The translations under genes and the position numbers were made by a program. Below, in pieces: positions 1 through 9,564 of a DNA stretch of 64,000 bases; the stretch's first letter is position 1; each line of letters starts with the position of its first letter. This stretch comes from Nitrospirales bacterium (GTDB lineage Bacteria > Nitrospirota > Nitrospiria > Nitrospirales > UBA8639): NCBI GenBank assembly GCA_963422365.1, contig OY729426.1, positions 1,472,001 through 1,536,000 of the forward strand, read 5' to 3'. Below the pieces are notes generated by a model. The model was given only the letters and a program-made list of their open reading frames with translations, searched no databases and had not been told where the DNA came from.

Positions 1-66
1 CTTGCCTTTGAAATCAAGCGTCGGCATGGCAGTCTTACAGAATTACAATCAAGCCGAGTTGACGGA

Positions 67-468
67 TCATGTCCCGGCGTTGTGGCGTTGCAGATTGCCT
101 TTCCACTTCAAGATGGTTTGGTCGGCGGTCACCAGGGTTGCTGAAGTTGCAATGGCCGTTGTCATAATCAGACGGTCGTCAGGGTCGCCGTGAAAATTTA
201 CCAGTTCCGATGCGATGATCCCAATCCCGCCTGTCACGGCGACTTCATTCAGGCCCTGTTGCAACAGGTCTTGCATCCATTATGATACGGGTTTTGAAAG
301 GGAGAGCCGTTTTTTTTGTATCAACGTGGCAATTTCCCAGAAGCTTATTGATGAGACGGCAATGTCCTTGTTCCTCAATCTTTTGTCAATAAGCTTTCGG
401 GATTGTAACCCTAACCGTGTATTCCCTTCATCCATCCAGATCAGTGTCTGCGTATCGAGGATCATCAA
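67..468 (-). pseudogene. vapC: VapC/PIN-domain toxin interrupted by an in-frame TAA (280-282)
   Basis: ORFs 280..468 and 67..276 share a frame and join into a typical PIN protein: 'ILDTQTLIW', 'VSSISFWEI', 'HGDPDDRLI', 'LVTAD'. Start overlaps the antitoxin stop. Confidence 0.85.
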
Positions 469-692
469 TGGTCTGCATCCCAGGTCTCATCAACGGGACA
501 GGTAAGATCATCATGGCTCTTGATGACGCCGTGATGCAGTCCGAATAATGACGCCGGTTTCCGGTGAGAGGGAACAAGTCTGCCGACCGGTTTGCCGTGC
601 TTGGTAATAATGATGGGTTCTCTTTTCTCAGAGACTTCATCAATGAATCCCAGGCATTTCGCTTTAAATTCCGATGCATTGACGGTTTTCAT
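465..692 (-). CDS. Phd/YefM-family antitoxin
   Basis: 'VNASEFKAKCLGFIDEV...IIITKHGKPVGRLVP' Phd signature; directly upstream of the PIN toxin. Confidence 0.9.
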   Translation of the reverse strand: MKTVNASEFKAKCLGFIDEVSEKREPIIITKHGKPVGRLVPSHRKPASLFGLHHGVIKSHDDLTCPVDETWDADH

Positions 693-705
693 AGCATTTC
701 TCTCA

Positions 706-1647
706 TTAATGAAACGTCACGACAGGAAGATGCTTCCCGATATAGCCTATTTCCAGAGTCTTGTTTGGTTTGTCGATTCGGAAATGGATGCGATATCCGC
801 TGCCAATCATTGCATGTAGACGGAAGATATTCCTCTGTCCGCTGATGCTTCTGAATTCCCGCTTGTTTCCATATCGTTGCATGGTTGCCTCACTTTCTGT
901 ATGTACCATCGGTAATGCCGGTTTTTCTGTCCCTTCAAGTCGCCAATTTCGCACCGCGCCATCCAAGGTGATCAATTTGCCTCTTGCCAAGTTTAGAATC
1001 GCAACTGAAAGTTCAGCGGTTTGAGGATCTATGTCCAGCCCGAACGTCAGGTGAGGAAAACAATTGGCTTTCCTTTGCGCCAGAATCACCGGCTGCTCCT
1101 TCAGAGCCGCCTGATCTCTGCCAGCCATTTCATCAGAGATAACCGTGACGTGCGTCATCGTCGAAAGGTTGGGCACTTTCACTTCCTTTTCCCGTTCCAT
1201 TCCCGAGTTCTCAAGCCATGTATGACGTACTTGGACATGCGTCTGCCGCCAATATTCTTCAGAAGGTAGACTCACGGCGGTCGTATGGAGCAGATAAGCA
1301 AGCCCCAAGCCGCCTGCTTGCCGTTGTCCGAAATGAAAGTCCGAAAGGTAGAACCGATCCTTGACGGCATCGGACACAGCCTGCTCGAAATTCATCTTTG
1401 CTGAAATCTTCAAGAAAAAATTTCTCAAATCGCGATCGACTTGGTCATCGCATGACCACTGGAACACCGTATAGTCTGCCGCTAATGGAGTCTGATGTAT
1501 GGCGAAGTCCTTAATCCAAACGAGTGTCGGGACTTGGCCGCTCGCCAATGTCGCCACGGCCTTCACCAAATTCGTTGTCCGTTCTCTTGCCTGGTCACGC
1601 GATTACGCGATGTTGCTCGCGGAAAGTTCGTTGAATACCAGGATCAT
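706..1647 (-). pseudogene. Third gene of a Menshen-like operon (NsnC-like effector with C-terminal RelE-like region); in-frame TAA at codon 15 (1603-1605)
   Basis: ATG at 1647, just after the AAA gene stop, reads MILVFNELSASNIA*SRDQARERTTNLVKAV in frame with ORF 706..1569. C-terminus 'YRIHFRIDKPNKTLEIGYIGKHLP' resembles RelE-like RNases. Confidence 0.7.
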
Positions 1648-1648
1648 T

Positions 1649-2764
1649 TCAAATCCCGGTCTTCTGTTCTGGCGCTATCAGTGAAGCCAGGGTTTTTTCG
1701 TGTTGATCGAAGAAACCTTCAGGCCAGACGTCCAACCGGCCATCTTGCTGTATGACGGGTGTCGTGACTTCGGCGTCCAGCCCCTTTCGCTGAAAGTAAT
1801 GCAGGACAGCTTGTTCGGGTTCGATGATGGCATGACGAACCGCCAGGCGTAGCCCGTCCAGAATGTGGTCGCTGTGAGTTTCCAAAATAACTTGCCTTCC
1901 TCCTGAAACGGCTCTTGCCGCGAGTTCAGCCAGTCTGGTTTGCCCTCCAGGATGAAGATGGGCTTCGGGATTCTCAATGATCACCAAGTCGTCATTCTGA
2001 GCGGCCAGCAACGCGACAATGACGGGCAGGGCATAACTCAATCCGAATCCGACGTTTGTTGCTCGAAAGGGTTTTGTCATCACGTCTCCCTGTCGGAAGA
2101 AGGAAAAATCTGCCAAAGCGCTATCCGCTTTTGGTATGGAAGTGATGTTAAGCTTGGCTCCTGGACTGATAACCTTTAGCCAGGCATTGGTCTGGGAAAG
2201 CAGAGTCGTTTGATCTGCTTCTGGATGTCTAAGAATCTCCGGGATTTTCCGTTCGCCGTATTTTGCCAAAAACCAGAGCACGTGCTCGCCATTTTTGCCT
2301 AGCGGAGTATCCGATTCATGTCCCTGTTCAAAAAATGGCAGCATTTTTTGTGGTCCATGTCGCTCAGCACTCAGATAGAACATGGACCATCTATACAGTG
2401 AAGTATCTTGAGCACCGTTGAACCCCTTGGGTTGTTCTGCCTGAGGCATTTGAGACTCGTCTTTTATCTCGCCGACCTTGATAAATTTGGACCTGTCGAA
2501 TTTGGCTTCCAGTTCAATGGCGTCTTGCTCGGCACCTTCGTAGAGCATATCGCTGAACGAGCCGGTATCGACCAGCTTGCCTTGCCAGCGTAAAAATCTA
2601 GGGTGGCCTTGCTCGTCAAGACCAGCTTGACGGAGCAGCAATAGTGCCTGTATAAAGCTACTTTTCCCCGTGCCGTTCACCCCGGCCAAAATCGTCAATC
2701 CCCCGAGAGGCAGTTCGCATTCTTTGAAACATTTGAAGTTTTTCATTTGTATCCGGGTAATCAT
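1649..2764 (-). CDS. AAA_15/AAA_21 ATPase with C-terminal DUF3696 (NsnB-like)
   Basis: Walker A 'GVNGTGKSS', 'IENPEAHLHP', 'ETHSDH', C-terminal 'WPEGFFDQ'. Confidence 0.88.
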   Translation of the reverse strand: MITRIQMKNFKCFKECELPLGGLTILAGVNGTGKSSFIQALLLLRQAGLDEQGHPRFLRWQGKLVDTGSFSDMLYEGAEQDAIELEAKFDRSKFIKVGEIKDESQMPQAEQPKGFNGAQDTSLYRWSMFYLSAERHGPQKMLPFFEQGHESDTPLGKNGEHVLWFLAKYGERKIPEILRHPEADQTTLLSQTNAWLKVISPGAKLNITSIPKADSALADFSFFRQGDVMTKPFRATNVGFGLSYALPVIVALLAAQNDDLVIIENPEAHLHPGGQTRLAELAARAVSGGRQVILETHSDHILDGLRLAVRHAIIEPEQAVLHYFQRKGLDAEVTTPVIQQDGRLDVWPEGFFDQHEKTLASLIAPEQKTGI

Positions 2765-3915
2765 GCCAATACCTCCTGGAGGAGTTTTTTGATCCGTTCG
2801 AAGCGAGTAGCGACTCGATCATTCCACTGGGTCCCTATGCTGATGCTTTCCACGAATCTATCTTCTTCCATCAGGTCATTAAAACGATCTTGAACGTTCT
2901 TTCGTCGATCTATGAGGCGTTGGCCTTGAGATTCATCCACGCGCGCCAGATTGACCGACCAGCTTTCAAATAGGGGTTTGTTGATGGGACTTTTGCGTTC
3001 TATTCCTTTTTTGGGTGGTTTGCGGAATGCTTCGGTACCAAACAGAGCAGCGGCGAATCGCATCGCACGACGAAAATCATCGTTCAGTGAAGCCAATTGC
3101 TCTTCGCTCATATTGTTATTCAAGGAACCCATGGCGTTTACGAGGAAGGCGTCCAGATTCCCCTTGTATTCCTCTAAAGGCTGTAAGTGGAATGCTATGA
3201 ACCGCAGCACGCACTCACGGTCCGCCATGCGAGTCAAACCCACGCTGTTGTTGGTTGCCTTCAAAAAGTCTTGGTCTGTTGCTAATTCGTTGATAAATTG
3301 CCGTGCTCTGCCGGGGTTCAGGGCATGTCGAATTTCCTGTGGTGACAGGGGCTTGCCCCCGGTATTGATGCGTTTGAAAACGTTAAACATGACTTCCGGC
3401 GGTGTACCCGGTTGAATGACGTGGCAGGAAAGCTGTGTCTCGTCGATCCGTCGCTGCATAGAACGAGGGAGATCGTTATAAAGCTGGCCTTCAAATTGAT
3501 TCAGATATTCCAGTCCATGCAAACGAAGCGTCCTGTCAAGGACGAAGTCTTTTAACGTATCCAGTCGTTGCAGGCCATCAACAACCTGCCATTTGTCTTC
3601 TTTGTCCGCCGCCATGTAGAACACCGGGATGGGAATGCGTAACAGGAGTGACTCAATGAGCCGGCTTTTCCTTTTTCTCTCCCAGATGCCCGAGTGACGC
3701 TGAAAATCGGGATTCAGGTCTATTTCCTTACGTTCGATTCTTTTCATAATCAGATCAACGACGGGATTTTTCGTGTCGATGTCAATTTTCGTGGGATCGA
3801 AGGGATCTTTGATTGGAGGGACAGTGCGCGAAGAATCTAATCCTTCAACATCTTCTTGCTCAACGCCTTCCAAGGGTTCTTCGGACATGTCATGAATGTC
3901 AGAATCAGGTGCCAC
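2761..3915 (-). CDS. DUF262 (GmrS/ParB-like) domain protein (NsnA-like)
   Basis: 'PDFQR', 'SRLIESLLLRIPIP', 'VVDGLQRL', 'FKRINTGG' DUF262 motifs; ATGA overlap with the AAA gene. Confidence 0.88.
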   Translation of the reverse strand: MAPDSDIHDMSEEPLEGVEQEDVEGLDSSRTVPPIKDPFDPTKIDIDTKNPVVDLIMKRIERKEIDLNPDFQRHSGIWERKRKSRLIESLLLRIPIPVFYMAADKEDKWQVVDGLQRLDTLKDFVLDRTLRLHGLEYLNQFEGQLYNDLPRSMQRRIDETQLSCHVIQPGTPPEVMFNVFKRINTGGKPLSPQEIRHALNPGRARQFINELATDQDFLKATNNSVGLTRMADRECVLRFIAFHLQPLEEYKGNLDAFLVNAMGSLNNNMSEEQLASLNDDFRRAMRFAAALFGTEAFRKPPKKGIERKSPINKPLFESWSVNLARVDESQGQRLIDRRKNVQDRFNDLMEEDRFVESISIGTQWNDRVATRFERIKKLLQEVLA

Positions 3916-4152
3916 TTCAATTCCTTTTCTCTCTTGCTTGAATTGCCTAGATCCAGAATACTTGTTCGACAGGGCTCTTTTTTACCCTGCTTCTCTTAAA
4001 CGATCTTTCCGTCCTTGAATACAGTCACCGAAGCTGATGTCGTCCACGTTCAGCAGCCTCGTACATTGCGGTCTTGGTGTCGGCGAGGTCAGAGATATTA
4101 GCTTTCTTTAAGCGCGTTCATGATAATGGATGTCACGGGCATATATCAAAGA

Positions 4153-4180
4153 TTCTCTTAGGGCTGTTCTCTTAGGGCTG
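4153..4180. repeat. Perfect 14-bp tandem duplication (ttctcttagggctg)x2
   Basis: Seen directly in the intergenic region between the defence operon and the radical SAM cluster. Confidence 0.9.
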
Positions 4181-4313
4181 CTGATGATGGAGAGATTTTC
4201 TTTTCTGCTTCATTAAGGGAAAGTGTTTCGCTCAGAATGGCTCTGAATGATACGCGGCAGGCTAAACCTTCCTTGATTTGCATAGAGTGAGACACCTGAA
4301 CGAATACAACACC

Positions 4314-4343
4314 TTGACCGTTCATTTTTCGACGGCTTAGAAT
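4314..4343 (+). promoter_or_regulatory. Putative sigma70 promoter of the radical SAM cluster
   Basis: TTGACC-18nt-TAGAAT, about 60 bp upstream of ATG 4404. Confidence 0.5.
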
Positions 4344-4403
4344 AGATTAGGTCAATAGGGACTTGTTTGGACCAAGTTTTCTCACATCTAGTAAGGGCTG
4401 TCC

Positions 4404-6299
4404 ATGAGGATTGACTATAACAAAGGCGGGTTGCTCAACCCCCAGCTCATCCAGCTTCGCCGTAAAGAATTCCAGGCCGACGGCGGACCCAAGAAAAAGA
4501 TCATGCTGATTTTCCCTCCGGATTGGTATCCCTCCGAACCCTATCTGAGCCTGCCGGCGTTAACGGCTTTCCTGCGCCGTGCGGGTCATGACGTGGTGCA
4601 GAAAGATGTCAACCTCGAGATGTACGATTGGTATTTTAGCGCGGATTTTCTCAAGCGTGTCTTGAAACGAGTGCCTCAGCAACTGGACCGTTTGAAACGA
4701 CTGGCCCGAGACCGAGATCTCTCGGATGAAGAAACCGAGCGGCAGATGGCCTTGTGCGCATGTACCCGATCGCGAATGGCGGACTTGATTGAACAAGCCG
4801 AGCGCGCCAAAGCGATCGTCCGTTCTTCGGATTTCTACGACGCGGCTCAACTCGAATGGGCCATGAACGTCTTTCGGGACGTGATGACAACCATTTCGCT
4901 GGTGTACGCTCCCGCCCGTATTTGTATGCCGCCGATGGAAACGGATCTGTCGTATAAACTCTTTATGTCCTCGGAGATCCTTGCCGCTGTCGAAGACACG
5001 CAAGTCAACGTCTATCGCGAGGTCTTCGACCATATCGTGAAGCCGGCCATTATGGAAGAACAGCCGGATGTCATCGGCATCTCCATCGTCTTACGGCAGC
5101 AACTGTTTTCGACCATGACCTTCTGCGCCATGATCAAAAAGTACTTTCCCGATATCCACGTGACGATTGGCGGGAATACCGTGACTCGGTTACGCGATGT
5201 TCTGCCGACTACTCCCAAGCTCTTTGCGCTGTTTGATAGTGCGGTGGTGTATGAAGGAGAAACGGCGTTTCTTCAATTAGTGGAAGCGCTTGAGACCGAT
5301 CGAGATTTGAACGAAATTCCGAACGTCTTGTGGCGGGATGATTCGGGAATTCATACGTCTCCGGTCACCTCGGCAGAGAACATGGCGGATCTGCCCCCTC
5401 CGGACTTTGACGGACTCCCGTTAGAACGATACTTCGTGCCGGAACCCGTGCTTCCCTATCTCGCAACCCGAGGTTGCTACTGGGGGCGCTGTGAATTTTG
5501 CGATCATGGAGAAGGGTATACGGCTGGATATCGGACCAAGAAGATCCAGGAGATCATCGAGGAAGTTCGATTCCTCCGTGACAAGTATCATACGCATCAT
5601 TTTCATTTTACCGATGAATCCTATCCTCCGGCCCTCTTCCGAAAACTGACGCGTCAACTCAAAGAACATCAGCTGGGCATTGCGTGGACCACGCACATCC
5701 GCTTCGAGAAGAGTCTGTTGGATGATGAAGTGTGGCAGGATGCCCAGGCCTCCGGGTGCAAGTTTCTGCACATGGGTTATGAATCCGGCAGTGAGCGGGT
5801 GCTGCAACTCATGGATAAAGCCACGACCACCGAGGTGATTCAACGGAGCCTGGAGTTGTCCTCGACACACGGGGTGTGGAACCACGTCATGGGATTTTTC
5901 GGGTTCCCGGGCGAACGGTATGAAGACGCCAAGTTTTCCATGCAATTTTTGGAAGACAACAAGGCGCATGTGCACTCCATCGGCTTCGGCACGTTCGATC
6001 TCAGCAAGCATACGCCAGTAGCCAAGGATCCGGATCGATGGGGGATTACCTACTACCAAAACCCCGAGTGGGATCTGGCCCTGGATTATTACTTTACCGT
6101 GAAAGAGGGGCTGGGCGTCGAGGACGCGGAACGCGTGTTTGAAGAGTTCGAACAGACGCATTATGCCGGCTGGGATTTGAAGATCTATATTCGCGAGTAC
6201 GTGTTTCTCTACGTGGCGCACTTCGGCACCAATAAACTTCCGGCCCTGCAATTCCGCATTTCGCCGGAAGAGAACGCGGAGGCATTGGCGAAGGTCTAA
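4404..6299 (+). CDS. B12-binding (class B) radical SAM protein, paralog 1
   Basis: N-terminal cobalamin-binding Rossmann region ('PYLSLPALTAFLRRAGHDV', 'IHVTIGGN', 'YEGE'); 'TRGCYWGRCEFCDHG' radical SAM cysteine motif. Confidence 0.9.
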   Translation: MRIDYNKGGLLNPQLIQLRRKEFQADGGPKKKIMLIFPPDWYPSEPYLSLPALTAFLRRAGHDVVQKDVNLEMYDWYFSADFLKRVLKRVPQQLDRLKRLARDRDLSDEETERQMALCACTRSRMADLIEQAERAKAIVRSSDFYDAAQLEWAMNVFRDVMTTISLVYAPARICMPPMETDLSYKLFMSSEILAAVEDTQVNVYREVFDHIVKPAIMEEQPDVIGISIVLRQQLFSTMTFCAMIKKYFPDIHVTIGGNTVTRLRDVLPTTPKLFALFDSAVVYEGETAFLQLVEALETDRDLNEIPNVLWRDDSGIHTSPVTSAENMADLPPPDFDGLPLERYFVPEPVLPYLATRGCYWGRCEFCDHGEGYTAGYRTKKIQEIIEEVRFLRDKYHTHHFHFTDESYPPALFRKLTRQLKEHQLGIAWTTHIRFEKSLLDDEVWQDAQASGCKFLHMGYESGSERVLQLMDKATTTEVIQRSLELSSTHGVWNHVMGFFGFPGERYEDAKFSMQFLEDNKAHVHSIGFGTFDLSKHTPVAKDPDRWGITYYQNPEWDLALDYYFTVKEGLGVEDAERVFEEFEQTHYAGWDLKIYIREYVFLYVAHFGTNKLPALQFRISPEENAEALAKV

Positions 6300-6406
6300 T
6301 GCATGCTGGGGTTCGAAAAAAAATGGCGACATAAATAATGCCGCATAATCGTTGTAATATCGAAGTGGGCCTTTGTTCGACTATAGTGTACGGGAATGCC
6401 TTTTCA

Positions 6407-6469
6407 CTGGATACCGGATCAAGTCCGGTATGACGATGTGACGTCATTCCCGCGCAAGCGGGAATCCAG
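6407..6469. repeat. Pair of CGTC-type REP palindromes
   Basis: ctggataccggatcaagtccggtatgacg (6407-6435) and cgtcattcccgcgcaagcgggaatccag (6442-6469); a near-identical copy of the first lies at 43864-43891. Confidence 0.75.
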
Positions 6470-6523
6470 TATGAGACATTATTTACGTCGTTGTGTAAAG
6501 AATCACCGCAGGGAGATTGAATT

Positions 6524-6937
6524 GTGAAAACGATCCTTACAGGATTGGCAATGGTCTCAATTTCATCCTCTGCTATCGCCGCTCCAGTAAACGTCACTTT
6601 GTCGGATTACGCATTCGACTTCACTGCTGTGGGTTATGAAATTTCCGTAACAGGTCTATCGTCTTATTTTGAACCGCTAAATGCTGGAGACTACTTTTCT
6701 CTCAGGGATGGCGCTTATACTATGAAAACAGTTATCGGCGGCCTATCTCGTAAAAACAAGAAGACATTTATTAACTACTACAATAAGAATTGTAAAGAGT
6801 CTTTCATAGGTAGTGACTGCCATATTAGGGTTACAGGAGAAGTTGCGTTAGACGACAACATGAAAATGTTTCTGACTGCAGATGAGATTAAGGTGTACAG
6901 TAAAGATTTTAAAGAGGTCTTGGCAGTCTTTGAGTAG
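6524..6937 (+). CDS. AT-rich hypothetical secreted protein
   Basis: Signal-peptide-like N-terminus 'MKTILTGLAMVSISSSAIA', RBS ggag, visibly lower GC than its neighbours. Confidence 0.7.
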   Translation: MKTILTGLAMVSISSSAIAAPVNVTLSDYAFDFTAVGYEISVTGLSSYFEPLNAGDYFSLRDGAYTMKTVIGGLSRKNKKTFINYYNKNCKESFIGSDCHIRVTGEVALDDNMKMFLTADEIKVYSKDFKEVLAVFE

Positions 6938-7148
6938 GGCCTGTTTACACTAGACGCGCGATGGGATGTGTCGAATGGCACTCAAATGCCTCTGAAGCTC
7001 TGTAGACCTGTAGGGCCGCATCTTATGCTGCCAAGACAAGCGCCATGAGATGGCGAAGCTACAAAGCCTAAGGGGTGTTCGCACTGAACGAATAATTTTC
7101 ATTACATTCAACAAGTTATATTGTAAATACGTCATAATCTGAAAACAT

Positions 7149-9116
7149 ATGGCTTCTTCCCTCATCCACATCGATCACTCGGCGTCGCAGGCAAAGAGCG
7201 GCCGGAAGTTGAAAACCATGCTACTCTTCCCGCCGGAGTGGGTGCCCACTGCTCCGTATTTAGCGTTGCCGAGTCTCACGGCGGTCCTTCGAGAAAATGG
7301 GCATGACGTCGTTCAGCAAGATGTGAATATCGAAATGTATGAGTTGTTCTTCAGTGATATGTTCCTGATCTGGGTCAATGCGCGAATGTTCCAACAGCAA
7401 CGGGCACTCGAAGCAAAGGAACAGCGCGAAGGCTTGAGTGAAAAGGAAATTGACCAGAAAGCCCGTTTGCAAGAAGCCTTGGCCCTTGACGTGATGGAAT
7501 TGGCCGCGAAGGCCGAGGAAGCGAAACACATCAACCGCAGCGACGATTTCTACGACGCCAATAAACTCGAATGGGCGTTGAACGTGTTTCGTGACGTCAT
7601 GCGGTATATTTCCGCCGCGTATTTTCCCGCTTCGCTCGTGTATTACCCCATGGAAAGCAATTTAGGCTATCGTCCGGGGGTCTCGAGTGAAGTCTTCGCG
7701 TGCCTGGACGATGAACAGGTGAATGTGTATCGAGACGTGTGCCGGCAATTAGTGTTGCCCGCCGTGGATAAAGTGCGCCCCGCAGTGGTCGGGGTCTCCA
7801 TCGGGACGAAAATGCAACTGATCGCGGGATTCACCTTCTGCAAAATGATCAAGGAGGCGTTTCCGCATATCCACGTCACGGTCGGGGGGAACGTGATTAC
7901 ACGGCTTCAGGAAGATTTGGCGAAACGGGAGCCGTTTTTCTCTTCCGTGTTTGATTCAGCCATTCTGTATGAAGGCGAACATGCCCTGCTGTGGTTGTTG
8001 GAAGCCTTGGTGGGTCATCGAACGTGGCAAGCGGTTCCCAATCTGATGTATCGAGAACATGGACATGTGCGTATCAATTCGGAGATTTATACGGAAAAAA
8101 CCACGGCGCTCCCTCTGCCGGATTTCGAAGGGATGCCGTTGGATGCCTATTTCGTGCCCACCAGGATTCTTCCGTATCTGGCGACTCGCGGGTGTTACTG
8201 GGGGCGTTGCACCTTCTGTGATCATGGGCAAGGGTACTTTGACCAGTATCGCGGTAAGCCGGCCCATGACGTGGTGCGCGAGGTCAAGGCATTACAGGAC
8301 AAGTATCACGCGGATCATTTCTTGTTTGCCGATGAATCCTATCCTCCCGCGCTTTTCAAAAAGGTCTCCCAACTCCTGATTGACGAACAGGTGGACATCA
8401 AGTGGACGACGTTGATTCGTTTTGAGGAAACGCTCCAGGATCCTGAAACATGGCAAATCGCTTCGCAATCAGGCTGTAAGACCCTGTACTATGGAATGGA
8501 GTCGGCCAATGAACGCGTCTTGGAACTCATGGATAAGCATGCACGGAAGAGCGTCATCGAAAATAATTTAAAGGAAGCCGCGAAGGTGGGGATTTGGAAT
8601 CATGTGATGGCGTTTTATGGATTCCCGGGCGAGACCAGAGAAGAAGCCGATGAGACGCGGCAGTTCTTGCTCGACAATAAATCCCATATCCATTCCGTCG
8701 AGGTGTTTTACTTCGTGGCCTATCGTCATACGCCGATGGTCAGGCATCCCGAAAAATTCGGCATGACGATTCAGAAGCAAGACGAATACGATATGCCCCT
8801 GGATTATTATTACACGCTGAACGACTCGGAGAGCCTGAGTTGTCTGGATGCCATGCAGTTGTGTGAAGAGTTTTATCAGAATGATTTTGAACCCTGGGCC
8901 GTGCGGATTAATGCCCGCGAGCAGATCTTCCTCTACATTTCACGGTTCGGCACGAACCGGTTATCACAAATTTATGCCGCCCAACATAGTCCTGCCGTCG
9001 CCGCCCCTGATACCGTGGCGGGATTGATTACGTGGCCGGTGGCCAAAGTCGATCCTGAAGGGGGAAAAGACGGGGAGCCGGGGATGACGAGGGTTGTCAG
9101 CCATTCGGCCTCATAG
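7149..9116 (+). CDS. B12-binding (class B) radical SAM protein, paralog 2
   Basis: Colinear with 4404..6299 ('LFPPEW', 'PYLALPSL', 'TRGCYWGRCTFCDHG', 'DESYPPALF'). Confidence 0.9.
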   Translation: MASSLIHIDHSASQAKSGRKLKTMLLFPPEWVPTAPYLALPSLTAVLRENGHDVVQQDVNIEMYELFFSDMFLIWVNARMFQQQRALEAKEQREGLSEKEIDQKARLQEALALDVMELAAKAEEAKHINRSDDFYDANKLEWALNVFRDVMRYISAAYFPASLVYYPMESNLGYRPGVSSEVFACLDDEQVNVYRDVCRQLVLPAVDKVRPAVVGVSIGTKMQLIAGFTFCKMIKEAFPHIHVTVGGNVITRLQEDLAKREPFFSSVFDSAILYEGEHALLWLLEALVGHRTWQAVPNLMYREHGHVRINSEIYTEKTTALPLPDFEGMPLDAYFVPTRILPYLATRGCYWGRCTFCDHGQGYFDQYRGKPAHDVVREVKALQDKYHADHFLFADESYPPALFKKVSQLLIDEQVDIKWTTLIRFEETLQDPETWQIASQSGCKTLYYGMESANERVLELMDKHARKSVIENNLKEAAKVGIWNHVMAFYGFPGETREEADETRQFLLDNKSHIHSVEVFYFVAYRHTPMVRHPEKFGMTIQKQDEYDMPLDYYYTLNDSESLSCLDAMQLCEEFYQNDFEPWAVRINAREQIFLYISRFGTNRLSQIYAAQHSPAVAAPDTVAGLITWPVAKVDPEGGKDGEPGMTRVVSHSAS

Positions 9117-9140
9117 AGGATGGGGTCCGGGGAACGGCTG

Positions 9141-9428
9141 TCAAACCGAAGAAGGCGCGTGACCGTGGTGTTCTATCCACTCCTTCAGCACGGAGTACGC
9201 AGCCTGAATTTTCTTGGTCATCGCCTCGGCTTTCTTATACATTTGCATATACTTGGTAGGATTGTTGGTCAGGTTGGCGTATCGATGAGGATGCCAAGTG
9301 ACCAAGAGTTCCTGATACCGTTGGTGGAGCGTTGTCGGGTGAAGGGGCAGGGTGAGGTTGAAGAGTTCGAGAGCTTTGGTAAACGGCTCCTCCGATGCAG
9401 GGTTCTGGTTTGAAGAGGATGAAGGCAT
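9141..9428 (-). CDS. Small J-domain-like protein (HPH instead of HPD)
   Basis: 'ALELFNL...LHQRYQELLVTWHPHR...KKIQAAYSVL' DnaJ-like helical pattern. Confidence 0.7.
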   Translation of the reverse strand: MPSSSSNQNPASEEPFTKALELFNLTLPLHPTTLHQRYQELLVTWHPHRYANLTNNPTKYMQMYKKAEAMTKKIQAAYSVLKEWIEHHGHAPSSV

Positions 9429-9564
9429 AGACGATCTCGTGAGCAGGTCTCGTGCATCGAAATGTGTCAAACGTATCATGACGGTGTCAAGGAACCTCTG
9501 AAATAAGCGCCGAGGGGCTTGTGAACGGGACGAAATATAGGGGGAAAGGAGGACGGGACTAGCA

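Noticed and set aside
4020..4110. Minus-strand fragment 'TAMYEAAERGRHQ' resembling a GGDEF domain tail
   Set aside because: Too short and no upstream domain; may be chance
4180..4403. Cobalamin riboswitch upstream of the B12 radical SAM genes
   Set aside because: No recognisable B12-box or conserved core, and the predicted promoter leaves only a short leader
5421..6332. 303-aa antisense ORF and similar long shadow ORFs (e.g. 34669..35277, 56662..57342)
   Set aside because: They lie opposite well-supported genes and show no recognisable motifs
6935..7085. Possible IS5-like ends (tagggcctgtttacact; taaggggtgttcgcact)
   Set aside because: Same orientation, weak similarity, no transposase; cannot be supported without a database
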